Of a stretch of DNA of 64,000 bases, positions 9,022-17,535 are shown piece by piece. A program made the translations under genes and the position numbers. The notes under the pieces are model-generated. The model had not been told where the DNA came from. It saw only the letters and a program-made list of their open reading frames with translations, and did not search any database. Source of the stretch: Campylobacter sp. VBCF_01 NA2. Its GTDB lineage: Bacteria; Campylobacterota; Campylobacteria; Campylobacterales; Campylobacteraceae. Every line of letters begins with the position of its first letter. Positions within the stretch are counted from its first letter, which is position 1. Location: positions 1,541,288-1,605,287 of the forward strand of contig NZ_CP115607.1 in assembly GCF_027797205.1 (NCBI RefSeq), written 5' to 3'.

Positions 9022-11538
9022 ATGAAAAGACGAAGTTTCTTAAAAGGCAGCGTCGCTCTGGGTGCTGCTAGCGCAATTCCAAATTTTGCCCTTGGGGCAG
9101 AGGCAAATACCGCTTTGGTTAAAAACGGCGAAGTTCTCACTGCGGCGCACTGGGGAATTTTAAAAGCTACCGTAAAAGACGGCAAAATCGTAAAATCACA
9201 GGCTTGGAAAAAAACTTCAAATGTGCCAAATCCTTTGCAAACAGCCATGGACGATTTGGTTTATAAAGCAAGAATCAAAGCCCCAATGGTTCGCAAAAGC
9301 TACCTTGAAAACCCAGATAGCCCAAAACCTGAGCTTCGTGGCAAGGACGAGTGGGTCGAAGTGCCTTATGAAGAGGCTATCAAACTTGTCGCAAGAGAAC
9401 TTAAAAAAACACGCGAACAAAAGGGTATGAATAGCATTTGTGCAGGAAGCTACGCTTGGCAAAGCTCAGGCGCACTTGGCATGGCAAGAACACTTCTTCA
9501 TAGATTTATGAATATGACAGGTGGTTTTGTGGGCGTTACCGGGGATTTTTCAACCGGAGCTGCGCAAGTGATTTTACCGCATGTCGTGGGATCTAGCCAA
9601 GTCTATGAGCAACAAACCGTTTGGCCTGTGGTTTTAGAAAACTCAAAAGTCGTTGTGCTTTGGGGTATGAATCCAATCGGCACTTTGCGTTTGTCATTTA
9701 CGGTTTCTGATGAAGGCTCGTTTAAATATTTTGAAAAATTGCGCGATAGCGGTAAAGAAATCATTATAATTGACCCGCTCAAAACAATCACAACTAAATT
9801 TTTCGAAGGCAAAGCTACTCATATCAGACCTACTCCAAATACCGATGTCGCGATGATGTTAGCTATGGCAAATCACCTACTAAAATCAGGTAAATATGAT
9901 AAAGAATTTTTAAGCACTTACACCGTTGGCTTTGATAAATTTGAGCAGTATTTACTAGGCAAAGAAGACGGCGTAGAAAAAACACCTGAGTGGGCAGAGA
10001 AAATTTGCGGAATCGAAGCAAAAGTTATAAAAGAATTAGCCGAAAAATTCTTTGATAATCGCACTATGATTATGGCTGGTTGGGGTATGCAAAGAGCGCA
10101 CCACGGCGAACAAGTGCATTGGATGATAGTAACTCTTGCTAGTATGCTTGGTCAAATCGGGCTTCCTGGTGGTGGATTTGGTTTTAGCTACCACTATGCA
10201 AACGGCGGAACTCCAAGTTGCGTTGGTGGCGTGATTAAAACAATCAACGCAGGAAGCGTAGGCGTTATCAAAGACGGCAAATATATGGGTCCTGCTAATG
10301 CTGATGGGGCAAAAGAAAATGCAGCGCAATCTTGGCTATCTAATACTGCTTTGATGTCATATCCTGTCGCAAGAAACGCGGACGCTTTGCTAAATCCGGG
10401 TGCCACACTTGATGATAACGGAAATAAAATCACATATCCTGATATGGATTTTATCTACTGGGTCGGCGGAAATCCGCTCACACAACAACAAGACACAAAC
10501 AAAAATGTCAAGGCTTGGCGAAAACCACGAACTATCGTCGTAAATGAAATTTACTGGACACCGACAGCAAAAATGGCTGACATCGTTTTCCCTGTAACTA
10601 GTTCTTATGAAAGAAACGATATTTCTATGACAGGGGACTATACAAATATGCATATCGTCCCACAAAAACAGGTCGTAGAAAAACAATTTGGCGCAAAAGA
10701 TGATTATCAAGTTTTCGTTGATTTGTGTAAAGCTTATGCGGACGGACTTGCAGAAGCCTACACAGAAGGCGGCAAAACCGAAATGGACTGGATAAAAGAG
10801 TTCTATGAAACAGCGGCAAATCAAGTAAATGCAAACGAAGCTTTGGGAATAAAAATGCCAAGTTTTGAAGAGTGGTGGAACAAAAACGAACCGACTGAAT
10901 TTTTCCCTACAATGGAGAGCGAAAGCTATGTAACTTTTGCAGATTTTAGAGAAGATCCGATTTTAAATGCACTTGGCACACCAAGCGGACTAATCGAAAT
11001 TTACTCTGAAACTATCGAAAAAATGGGCTATGATGACTGCAAGGCTCACCCGACATGGTTTGAGCCAATCGAGTGGCTAGGTATGAAGGATAAACCAGCC
11101 AGATTCCACATGATAAGCCCACACCCAAATGATCGCTTACACTCACAACAAAACCAAACTAAGCTAAGAGATAGCTATGCAGTAGCTGGAAGAGAGCCGA
11201 TTTTCATCAACGAAGAAGACGCAAAAGAGCTAGGTATAAAGGGCGGCGATTTGGTAAGAGTTTTCAACGCTAGGGGTCAAATTTTAGCAGGTGCGGTTGT
11301 AAATGATGACACGCCAAGAAATGTCGTAAAACTATGCGAAGGTGCTTGGTATGATCCAAACGAAAACGGACTTTGCAAAAACGGCTCGGCAAATGTGCTT
11401 ACTATCGATATTCCGACAAGCAAACTAGCTAACGGAAATATCTCTCACACTTGCCTTGTAAATATCGAGCCTTATAAACCAAAAGACGGCGAAGACATTA
11501 CGCTAACTGCGTTTATGCCGCCAAAAGGCGCGAAATAA
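9022..11538 (+). CDS. torA: Tat-exported molybdopterin oxidoreductase, TMAO/DMSO/biotin-sulfoxide reductase family (TorA/BisC-like)
   Basis: Twin-arginine signal (KRRSFLKGS) at the ATG at 9022 (RBS aaggagaaaag). About 838 aa. The six-frame ORF start at 8950 is an over-extension. An inverted-repeat terminator follows the stop. Confidence 0.85.
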   Translation: MKRRSFLKGSVALGAASAIPNFALGAEANTALVKNGEVLTAAHWGILKATVKDGKIVKSQAWKKTSNVPNPLQTAMDDLVYKARIKAPMVRKSYLENPDSPKPELRGKDEWVEVPYEEAIKLVARELKKTREQKGMNSICAGSYAWQSSGALGMARTLLHRFMNMTGGFVGVTGDFSTGAAQVILPHVVGSSQVYEQQTVWPVVLENSKVVVLWGMNPIGTLRLSFTVSDEGSFKYFEKLRDSGKEIIIIDPLKTITTKFFEGKATHIRPTPNTDVAMMLAMANHLLKSGKYDKEFLSTYTVGFDKFEQYLLGKEDGVEKTPEWAEKICGIEAKVIKELAEKFFDNRTMIMAGWGMQRAHHGEQVHWMIVTLASMLGQIGLPGGGFGFSYHYANGGTPSCVGGVIKTINAGSVGVIKDGKYMGPANADGAKENAAQSWLSNTALMSYPVARNADALLNPGATLDDNGNKITYPDMDFIYWVGGNPLTQQQDTNKNVKAWRKPRTIVVNEIYWTPTAKMADIVFPVTSSYERNDISMTGDYTNMHIVPQKQVVEKQFGAKDDYQVFVDLCKAYADGLAEAYTEGGKTEMDWIKEFYETAANQVNANEALGIKMPSFEEWWNKNEPTEFFPTMESESYVTFADFREDPILNALGTPSGLIEIYSETIEKMGYDDCKAHPTWFEPIEWLGMKDKPARFHMISPHPNDRLHSQQNQTKLRDSYAVAGREPIFINEEDAKELGIKGGDLVRVFNARGQILAGAVVNDDTPRNVVKLCEGAWYDPNENGLCKNGSANVLTIDIPTSKLANGNISHTCLVNIEPYKPKDGEDITLTAFMPPKGAK

Positions 11539-11540
11539 GC

Positions 11541-11580
11541 AAAATTTGGCTAGGATTTTCTAGCCAAATTTTAAAATTCT
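11541..11580 (+). terminator. Rho-independent terminator-like hairpin after the torA-like gene
   Basis: aaaatttggctag-gatttt-ctagccaaatttt followed by an A/T run. Confidence 0.6.
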
Positions 11581-11599
11581 ACAAAATTTTGCAAATTTC

Positions 11600-11645
11600 A
11601 AAATTCCGCTATCGCAAATTTGAAATACTGCCCCGAAATTTTGCT
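11600..11645. repeat. Dispersed intergenic repeat family B, copy 2
   Basis: aaaattccgctatcgcaaatttgaaatactgccccgaaatttt. A partial related segment follows at 11686-11712 (acttcgcaagcttataata). Confidence 0.8.
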
Positions 11646-11761
11646 TTTTAAAATCCAACGAAATTTCTACGAATTCCTCAATTTACAAAGTTACTTCGCA
11701 AGCTTATAATAAATCAATACAAAATTTTGCACCACATAATCAAAATTTCAACCCATTTTAA

Positions 11762-11774
11762 GGGGGGGGGGGGG
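11762..11774 (+). repeat. Homopolymeric G13 tract immediately upstream of a TAGAAT -10-like hexamer (candidate phase-variable promoter)
   Basis: Sequence ttaaGGGGGGGGGGGGGtagaata. Lies 37 bp upstream of the ATG of the 11811 ORF. Confidence 0.9.
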
Positions 11775-11810
11775 TAGAATAAAACTTTATTTTTTTTCAA
11801 GGAGAAAACT

Positions 11811-12098
11811 ATGGATGAAGAGCTACACTTAGACTGCCCATTTTGTGGCAAGGACGACATCAAATACGGAGTATCAGTTTGCAGTGGTTGCCAAGCTGAG
11901 ATTAGATATGGTGTATCGTGGGCTCCAACTTTAATTTTGGGTGTAATATTGTTTATCGTAGGTGCTGCTATGGGTAGCGCTATTGGTGGCCTTGTTTGTA
12001 TCGGTGGATTGGTCGGTATCGTCATAGGTGCATATAGATTTTTACAAAATTTAAGCTATAAAAAAGGTCCTAAATTTTTCAGACGAGAATTTCGTTAA
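11811..12098 (+). CDS. Small membrane protein with N-terminal zinc-ribbon (CPFCG...CSGC) and glycine-zipper TM
   Basis: RBS aaggagaaaact. Has a CxxC...CxxC motif and a GxxxG-rich hydrophobic segment. Lies downstream of a G13 tract. Confidence 0.55.
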   Translation: MDEELHLDCPFCGKDDIKYGVSVCSGCQAEIRYGVSWAPTLILGVILFIVGAAMGSAIGGLVCIGGLVGIVIGAYRFLQNLSYKKGPKFFRREFR

Positions 12099-12105
12099 TT
12101 CTATG

Positions 12106-12145
12106 TTTATTTGTAGGTATCCAAACCTACAAATAATCGTTTATG
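12106..12145 (+). terminator. Hairpin terminator-like structure after the small zinc-ribbon ORF
   Basis: tttatttgtaggt-atccaa-acctacaaataa followed by tcgttta. Confidence 0.5.
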
Positions 12146-12163
12146 TGATATTAGAGGTTCAAT

Positions 12164-12511
12164 ATGGCTTATTATGACATGTGGGGAAATCGGTATGAAA
12201 AAGTTAGCAGTGGTGGAGGCATTCTTGGATTACTTCTCATAGTTGGTTTTATATGGCTTGTTTCAGGCGATAACACACCCTCTAATACACCGACAGATAA
12301 CAAGGTTATCAAAAGTATAAATCTAAGCAATAGAGAAAAAACCATGCAAATCCAGCGAATTCTTATCAAAAACGGCTATAAACTCAAAGCCGATGGCGTT
12401 TTTGGGAAAAAGACAATCAGCGCTGCAAAGAAATTTACAGGGCTAAATTCTGCGGATTTAAACACACTTTATATTGCTGTTAAAAATAAAGCAGACGGCA
12501 AAAAGAATTAA
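12164..12511 (+). CDS. Membrane-anchored peptidoglycan-binding-domain protein
   Basis: N-terminal TM segment and a C-terminal PG_binding_1-like motif (IQRILIKNGYKLKADGVFGKKTISAAKKF). Confidence 0.6.
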   Translation: MAYYDMWGNRYEKVSSGGGILGLLLIVGFIWLVSGDNTPSNTPTDNKVIKSINLSNREKTMQIQRILIKNGYKLKADGVFGKKTISAAKKFTGLNSADLNTLYIAVKNKADGKKN

Positions 12512-12520
12512 TATAATATC

Positions 12521-12584
12521 ATAGGGTGGGCATTTTGCCCACCATAAGGTTGCCGAATTTTCGGTGCAAAACGCCCACCCTACA
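12521..12584. repeat. Dispersed palindromic repeat family A, copy 2 (long hairpin: atagggtgggcattttgcccaccat ... gcccaccctac)
   Basis: The internal gtgggcattttgcccac is a perfect palindrome. The outer tagggtgggc/gcccaccctac arms pair. Located between convergent/tandem genes. Confidence 0.75.
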
Positions 12585-12607
12585 ACACTTCTAACCAAAG
12601 GATGGAT

Positions 12608-13471
12608 ATGAAAAATTTATTTTCATTTATGTTGGCTAGTGCGCTGTGCGCGGTGCTAGCAGGATGTGGTGGCGACGATAGCCAGTCTAGTGCAAATGCT
12701 GGGGGCGAGACCGAGAAACCAGCGCAAGAAGTCGCTCAAAAACCAATCGAGAGATCGGTAGAAAAGCCAAAAGACCCAGCGCTTGAAAAAGCAGAAAAAG
12801 AGGTCGAGGCGATGAGTTTGAAGGATTTTGTCGTTTTGTTCGAAAACGATGGTTGCTTTAAGGTAGATACGAACCAAACCGCCAAACTCGCTTGTGAAGG
12901 CAAATTTGAACCATATGCAAAGGAACTTTATAGTTCACAAAGCAGTCTTAAAAATGGTGCAGATAATGTACTATATTTATATTATGAGTTGGATTTTATA
13001 AATGATTATTTTAAAAAAAATAAAAAGCTAGGCTCTGTTTCGGATATGCTGGCTAGTAAGTCAAATATATCAGATATTAACAAAAACATATGGCGAAGGG
13101 CTGGTGTTATATTTATTAATGGGTATGGTAAGTATCTAATCATACGAGATAGTGATATCGATGTTGAAAATTCTACAATTACGCTTTCTGAAATGGACCA
13201 AGATATATACGATAAAGTTGATAAAATAAGTAAAGACTTGGGAGACACATATTTCATCACTTCAGATCATTATTTCTCTAATTTTCACAACAAAAAGCTT
13301 GCTCGCGAGGCCGAATTAAAGGATATATACCGAGAGTTAGCCTATGAAAAAGGCGAGCTAAAAGGTGCGGTTTTTGAGATAAAAGATGGTAAATATGTAG
13401 TTAAATTTCCACTTGCAGATGCGATGAAGGCAAATATTAAAAAAGCAAGGCAAATATTAAAAAAGCTATGA
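12608..13471 (+). CDS. Hypothetical lipoprotein
   Basis: Lipobox LAGCGG. RBS aaagga. No recognisable domain. AT-richer than the core. Confidence 0.55.
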   Translation: MKNLFSFMLASALCAVLAGCGGDDSQSSANAGGETEKPAQEVAQKPIERSVEKPKDPALEKAEKEVEAMSLKDFVVLFENDGCFKVDTNQTAKLACEGKFEPYAKELYSSQSSLKNGADNVLYLYYELDFINDYFKKNKKLGSVSDMLASKSNISDINKNIWRRAGVIFINGYGKYLIIRDSDIDVENSTITLSEMDQDIYDKVDKISKDLGDTYFITSDHYFSNFHNKKLAREAELKDIYRELAYEKGELKGAVFEIKDGKYVVKFPLADAMKANIKKARQILKKL

Positions 13472-13632
13472 AAAGGTGAGCACTAGTAAAATAGCTCATA
13501 TAAATTTCACTTTGCAAGCCGTGGTTTAAACTGCGGTTTGCAACTCGTAATAGAAATTTTAAATTTCAAATTGCTTTTATAAATTTTTGAAATTTAAAAT
13601 TTCAACCAAAAGCTATTTTGTGTTGCAGTTTC

Positions 13633-13676
13633 GTAGGGTGGGCATCCTTGCCCGCCCTAAATTAAAATTTTGCCCA
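13633..13676. repeat. Dispersed palindromic repeat family A, copy 3
   Basis: cgtagggtgggcatccttgcccgccctaaattaaaattttgccc. Confidence 0.75.
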
Positions 13677-13792
13677 TATCTTAAAATTTGAAATTTCAGA
13701 CGCAGTATCTACAAAGCAAAATTTAACGAGAGTAAAATTTAAAGAAAAGCAAAATTTGGAAAAATCCAAATTTTGCTAGGAATTTAAAAAGA

Positions 13793-14290
13793 TTAAGGCA
13801 CGAAAATATTCCCACCGGCGCGCGGATTTAGCGGATCGTCGCCGTATTTGTTAGCTCCGTCGGTGCCTTTTAAAATCGTAGAGATAAAAATAAAAATTAT
13901 AAGCCCCACAGCAACAAATAAAAACAGCATAGCCAAAATTCTAATTCCATCAGCAAACATTATCCCAAGCACGCATAAAAGAAAAATTGCGCCAAAATAC
14001 CACCCGCTGATATCTCTATCATGCAGTCTTCTCCACAAAACCGCAAATGATGGCACAAGCAAGCCCAAAGCAACCACGCTAGCTACGATTCCTATGACCT
14101 CTGGGTTGCCGTTTTTGTCAAAGCCCAAAACGATATTTGTGCCAAGCACAGCGTCGATTACGGAGGTTGCGACATTTACTAAAACGCTAAAAAGGTAAAA
14201 CCACCAATATTCGCTTCTGCTAGCCCTGCCAGAAAATGTGGCGTATTTTTGTTTGAGGCAAACGCTAATCGCCTCGCCAAAACTCATCAT
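13793..14290 (-). CDS. DUF805-family inner membrane protein
   Basis: SGRASRSEYWWFYLF motif characteristic of DUF805 (YhaH-like), with several TM helices. Confidence 0.7.
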   Translation of the reverse strand: MMSFGEAISVCLKQKYATFSGRASRSEYWWFYLFSVLVNVATSVIDAVLGTNIVLGFDKNGNPEVIGIVASVVALGLLVPSFAVLWRRLHDRDISGWYFGAIFLLCVLGIMFADGIRILAMLFLFVAVGLIIFIFISTILKGTDGANKYGDDPLNPRAGGNIFVP

Positions 14291-14299
14291 TTTTTCTCC

Positions 14300-15385
14300 T
14301 TATGATTTGATTTTGTTAAATTCGCTAATGTGAAATTTCAAATTCGTAAAATAATAGTTGTTTTTCGAAATTTCGAAATTTCGGCTATCTTTGGCACAAG
14401 CAATGATAAAAAGCGAATTTATAATCGAGCAAATTTGCACCGCGATTATCGCTAAAATCGGATTAAAATAGACTAAAACTAGCCCAATCACGCACGAGAG
14501 CGCATATACAAAAAACGCCTTAACGAAAATTTCGCACCCGCTCGTCTGGAAAAGCTCTTTGTAAATCAGCAGAGCAAAGCATGCGCCAAGCCCCGTAAAT
14601 ACTGCGCCGAAAACAAATACAACCAGGCTTTTATCCCCAAACATCATCATCAAAAACGGGATTAGCGCAAGGCCGTCAAATACGACAAAAAGGGTTAAAT
14701 TTCGCAAAAGCGTCTTTGAGCAAATTGTGCTAGCGATGAAATACGCGCTCATTGCAAGGCAGATTTGCCCCGCTGTTGAGGCGAGTTCGGCGCCATTAAT
14801 TTTGGTGCCAAAAATGTTTAAAACTGCCATTAAAATCAAAAGTCCGCACCCAATGTAAGCTAGCTGTCTAGCCGAGGCTAAATTCGTGCTTTTTTCTTCG
14901 AAATTTAGGCTTTGGCTGGGATTTTCGCTGGGATTATCGCTTAAATTTTCGATCTCGCACCCTGCGCTAAGATTTGCGCTATCTACCATTTTTTCTAAAT
15001 TGAAAAAATCGTGTATTATCCACGCCAAATAGGCTAAATTTGGCAGTGCAAAGACCATAATCGGTTTTATTAAATTTTCCCTAGCCCTAAGTGTATCTTG
15101 GTCGTCAAATTCGAGGCTTGGCCTTATGGAGCGCAAAATTTCGAGCGCGCTATCGTTTGATATCAAAGCATACGCCACCAAAAAGCAGACAAAGATGATA
15201 AACCCAAGTCCGCCAAGAAGCTGGAAAATCGCGCTTACATTTTTTTTCAGATAAAATCTGTGCGCGCTAAAAACCCCTAGTGTCAAATAGAGCGTGTAGG
15301 CGGTGTTGAGGTGAAATTTAGGCGCGTTTTGCGGGAGGGTTTGCATGGATTTCCTTTTTTTAAATTTGGGCGAAATTATAGCCAA
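14300..15385 (-). CDS. Polytopic membrane protein with N-terminal TM2-like domain
   Basis: GVFSAHRFYLKK motif (TM2 domain). The remainder is hydrophobic, multi-TM, with a low-complexity linker. Confidence 0.5.
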   Translation of the reverse strand: MAIISPKFKKRKSMQTLPQNAPKFHLNTAYTLYLTLGVFSAHRFYLKKNVSAIFQLLGGLGFIIFVCFLVAYALISNDSALEILRSIRPSLEFDDQDTLRARENLIKPIMVFALPNLAYLAWIIHDFFNLEKMVDSANLSAGCEIENLSDNPSENPSQSLNFEEKSTNLASARQLAYIGCGLLILMAVLNIFGTKINGAELASTAGQICLAMSAYFIASTICSKTLLRNLTLFVVFDGLALIPFLMMMFGDKSLVVFVFGAVFTGLGACFALLIYKELFQTSGCEIFVKAFFVYALSCVIGLVLVYFNPILAIIAVQICSIINSLFIIACAKDSRNFEISKNNYYFTNLKFHISEFNKIKS

Positions 15386-15464
15386 ATTTTAAAATTTTGC
15401 GCCAAAAAATAATTTATTAAATTTTATGAGATAAAATGTGTTTTATTTTTTACAAGGAGAAAAA

Positions 15465-15962
15465 ATGCAAGTAAAATTTTTAGGAAACCCCGTAAATTTG
15501 GGCGGAAATGAAGTAAAAGTCGGCGAGGCTGCGCCAGAAGTTGTAGTCGCTGGCAAGGATTTAGAAGATATCGTAATTGGCAAAAGCGAGAAAAAACAAA
15601 TCATCGTAGCCGTTCCGTCGTTAGATACGCCAGTTTGCGCTAGCGAGGCTCGCAAATTCAACGAAAAAGCAGCAAGCTTGCCAAATACCGAAGTAATCGT
15701 GGTTTCAATGGATTTGCCGTTTGCAATGGGTAGATTTTGCACGACAGAGGGTATCGAAAACTTGCGCACAGCGAGCGATTTTAGAGCGAAAAAATTCGCC
15801 AAAAGCTATGGAATTTTAATCGAAGATAGCGCGCTAGCAGGGCTAAATGCAAGAGCGGTTTTCGTCATCAGCGGCGGCGTAATTGCATACAAAGACATCA
15901 TGGCTGAAATCACCGAAGAGCCGAACTACGAAGCAGTTTTAGAGGCTGCAAAAAACGCATAA
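15465..15962 (+). CDS. tpx: Thiol peroxidase Tpx (atypical 2-Cys peroxiredoxin)
   Basis: VPSLDTPVCA peroxidatic Cys motif and a resolving Cys in FCTTEG. RBS caaggagaaaaaATG. Confidence 0.85.
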   Translation: MQVKFLGNPVNLGGNEVKVGEAAPEVVVAGKDLEDIVIGKSEKKQIIVAVPSLDTPVCASEARKFNEKAASLPNTEVIVVSMDLPFAMGRFCTTEGIENLRTASDFRAKKFAKSYGILIEDSALAGLNARAVFVISGGVIAYKDIMAEITEEPNYEAVLEAAKNA

Positions 15963-16017
15963 ATTTTTAGCTTCCCCCTTAAAAATACAGCGAAATTCCG
16001 CAAATTTTGCGGAATTT

Positions 16018-17535
16018 CTAATTTAGATTTAAAATTTCCTTCGCTCTTGTTTTTTTGTATAAAATCGACTTCAAATTCTGCATTTCACGCTCGTTTAAAG
16101 GGCTAGCGTCAAGCAGTTTGGCGCATTTTTTTTGCCTAGGGTTTTCGCAAAATTTAGGCGCGAAAAGCTCGCTAATACCGCCGTGAGTTTCTCCGCTTTG
16201 GAGCGGATTTTCGTGGCAGGCCTCGCAGGATTTGCCGATTTTTTGCACGCTATGAGGCGAAAACGGCTTCCAAACCTCGAATCTCTCGCCACTCTCGCCA
16301 AATTTAGCCACGCTAGCATTTTCATCTTTTATGCCAAGATTATAGCCAAACACAGGACGCGCTAGGGCGATTTTGCCGTTATTTTTGCGCACCAAAAGGA
16401 CATTTTCGAATCGTTCTAAACTAAACGCGCTATGCCAAATTCCAGGTTTTCTCTCGCCTCCAAGCGTGCGCGAAAACGGCGCAGGGCGCGTATTTTGGCG
16501 CAGGGCGCGTGCGTTAAATCGCTTGACGCTTGCGTCAAATTCGATTAAATTTTGCCAGTTTTCGTAATCCTTGCTAAAATCAAGCATAGCATTTAGTTCG
16601 TAAAAACTCCCGCCCCACGCGCTGTGGCAGGTGGCGCACTCCAAATTTTGGTGGAATTTGTGCGAGGTGTTATTTTGCGTGGCGGTTTCGTGGCAAGCCT
16701 CACAGCTTTTGGTTTCGCTCATTTTGTGGCAATCCGCGCACACTAGCCCCGCGCTAAAATGTGCGTCAGGGCGCAAATTTGCGTATGTCACGCCATGCCG
16801 TAGCCCTGGGAAATTTCCATTTTTTTGCAACGGCGTGCGGTAGTCTTTGTGTGTATTTTGTGGGAAAAGCCCCATAAAATCGGTGCCGATGAAGTATTTG
16901 TTGTGGCAAGAGGCGCAAACTTCATTATCCGCGCGCGAGAGCGTGTGTGTGCGCGAGTGTGGGCGCGCGCTAGTATTCGCGTCGCTGCCGCTGTATTGTG
17001 CGCTGGGTGCGTAGCTAGCGTGGCATGCCATGCAACCCTTTCCGTGAGCCGAAAAAAGGGATTTCTCGCCGTTATCATAGGCGTGGCATTTTAGGCATTT
17101 GCGCTCCACGAAGTCCGCCACCACGCGCTCTTTCGCGCTTAAATTTGGCAAATTTTGGCTTAAAAAATCTTGCAAACTAAGATTTAAATCCATGTTAAAT
17201 GCGCTAAAAATCGTTTTTATCTCGTTTTTGTGCGTGAAATGGTTGCTTTTTTCAAATTCGCTGATTTGCTTGGCGTGACAGCTGCCACAAAACTTGCCAT
17301 AATGCGCGGGGCTTGCTGGGTGAGCGATGATATTTTCGTGCGAAAATCCGCCAAATTTGGCTAAGCTTTGCGGGAAATCTGAGGGTGAAATTTTGCTTTT
17401 GTGACAACTTTCGCATGAAAAATTGTGATTTTGCGCGTCAAATTTCTCCACGCTATGGCAGTTTTCGCAGGATAAATTTTGAGAAAAAGCGAAATTTAAA
17501 AGCGCAAAAAATATCAAATTTATCACTCTAAACAT
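16018..17535 (-). CDS. Periplasmic decaheme c-type cytochrome
   Basis: Signal peptide and ten CXXCH motifs (CENCH, CESCH, CGSCH, CLKCH, CMACH, CASCH, CADCH, CEACH, CATCH, CEACH). Last gene of the eight-gene operon. Confidence 0.8.
   Translation of the reverse strand: MFRVINLIFFALLNFAFSQNLSCENCHSVEKFDAQNHNFSCESCHKSKISPSDFPQSLAKFGGFSHENIIAHPASPAHYGKFCGSCHAKQISEFEKSNHFTHKNEIKTIFSAFNMDLNLSLQDFLSQNLPNLSAKERVVADFVERKCLKCHAYDNGEKSLFSAHGKGCMACHASYAPSAQYSGSDANTSARPHSRTHTLSRADNEVCASCHNKYFIGTDFMGLFPQNTHKDYRTPLQKNGNFPGLRHGVTYANLRPDAHFSAGLVCADCHKMSETKSCEACHETATQNNTSHKFHQNLECATCHSAWGGSFYELNAMLDFSKDYENWQNLIEFDASVKRFNARALRQNTRPAPFSRTLGGERKPGIWHSAFSLERFENVLLVRKNNGKIALARPVFGYNLGIKDENASVAKFGESGERFEVWKPFSPHSVQKIGKSCEACHENPLQSGETHGGISELFAPKFCENPRQKKCAKLLDASPLNEREMQNLKSILYKKTRAKEILNLN

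Noticed and set aside
10390-10824. 144-aa minus-strand ORF inside the torA-like gene (and similar antisense ORFs at 9217-9462, 10036-10433)
   Set aside because: Antisense shadows of a long, well-conserved molybdoenzyme gene with no independent signals.
11714-12025. 103-aa minus-strand ORF spanning the G13 tract
   Set aside because: It translates the homopolymer as poly-Pro and runs antisense to a well-supported small gene with a good RBS. No RBS or coding signal of its own.
16788-17094. Two reverse-frame ORFs (96 and 89 aa) in the GC-rich tract of the decaheme cytochrome gene
   Set aside because: They are generated by the (GC)n/(GT)n repeat and lack starts with an RBS. The heme-motif frame on the minus strand is clearly the real one.
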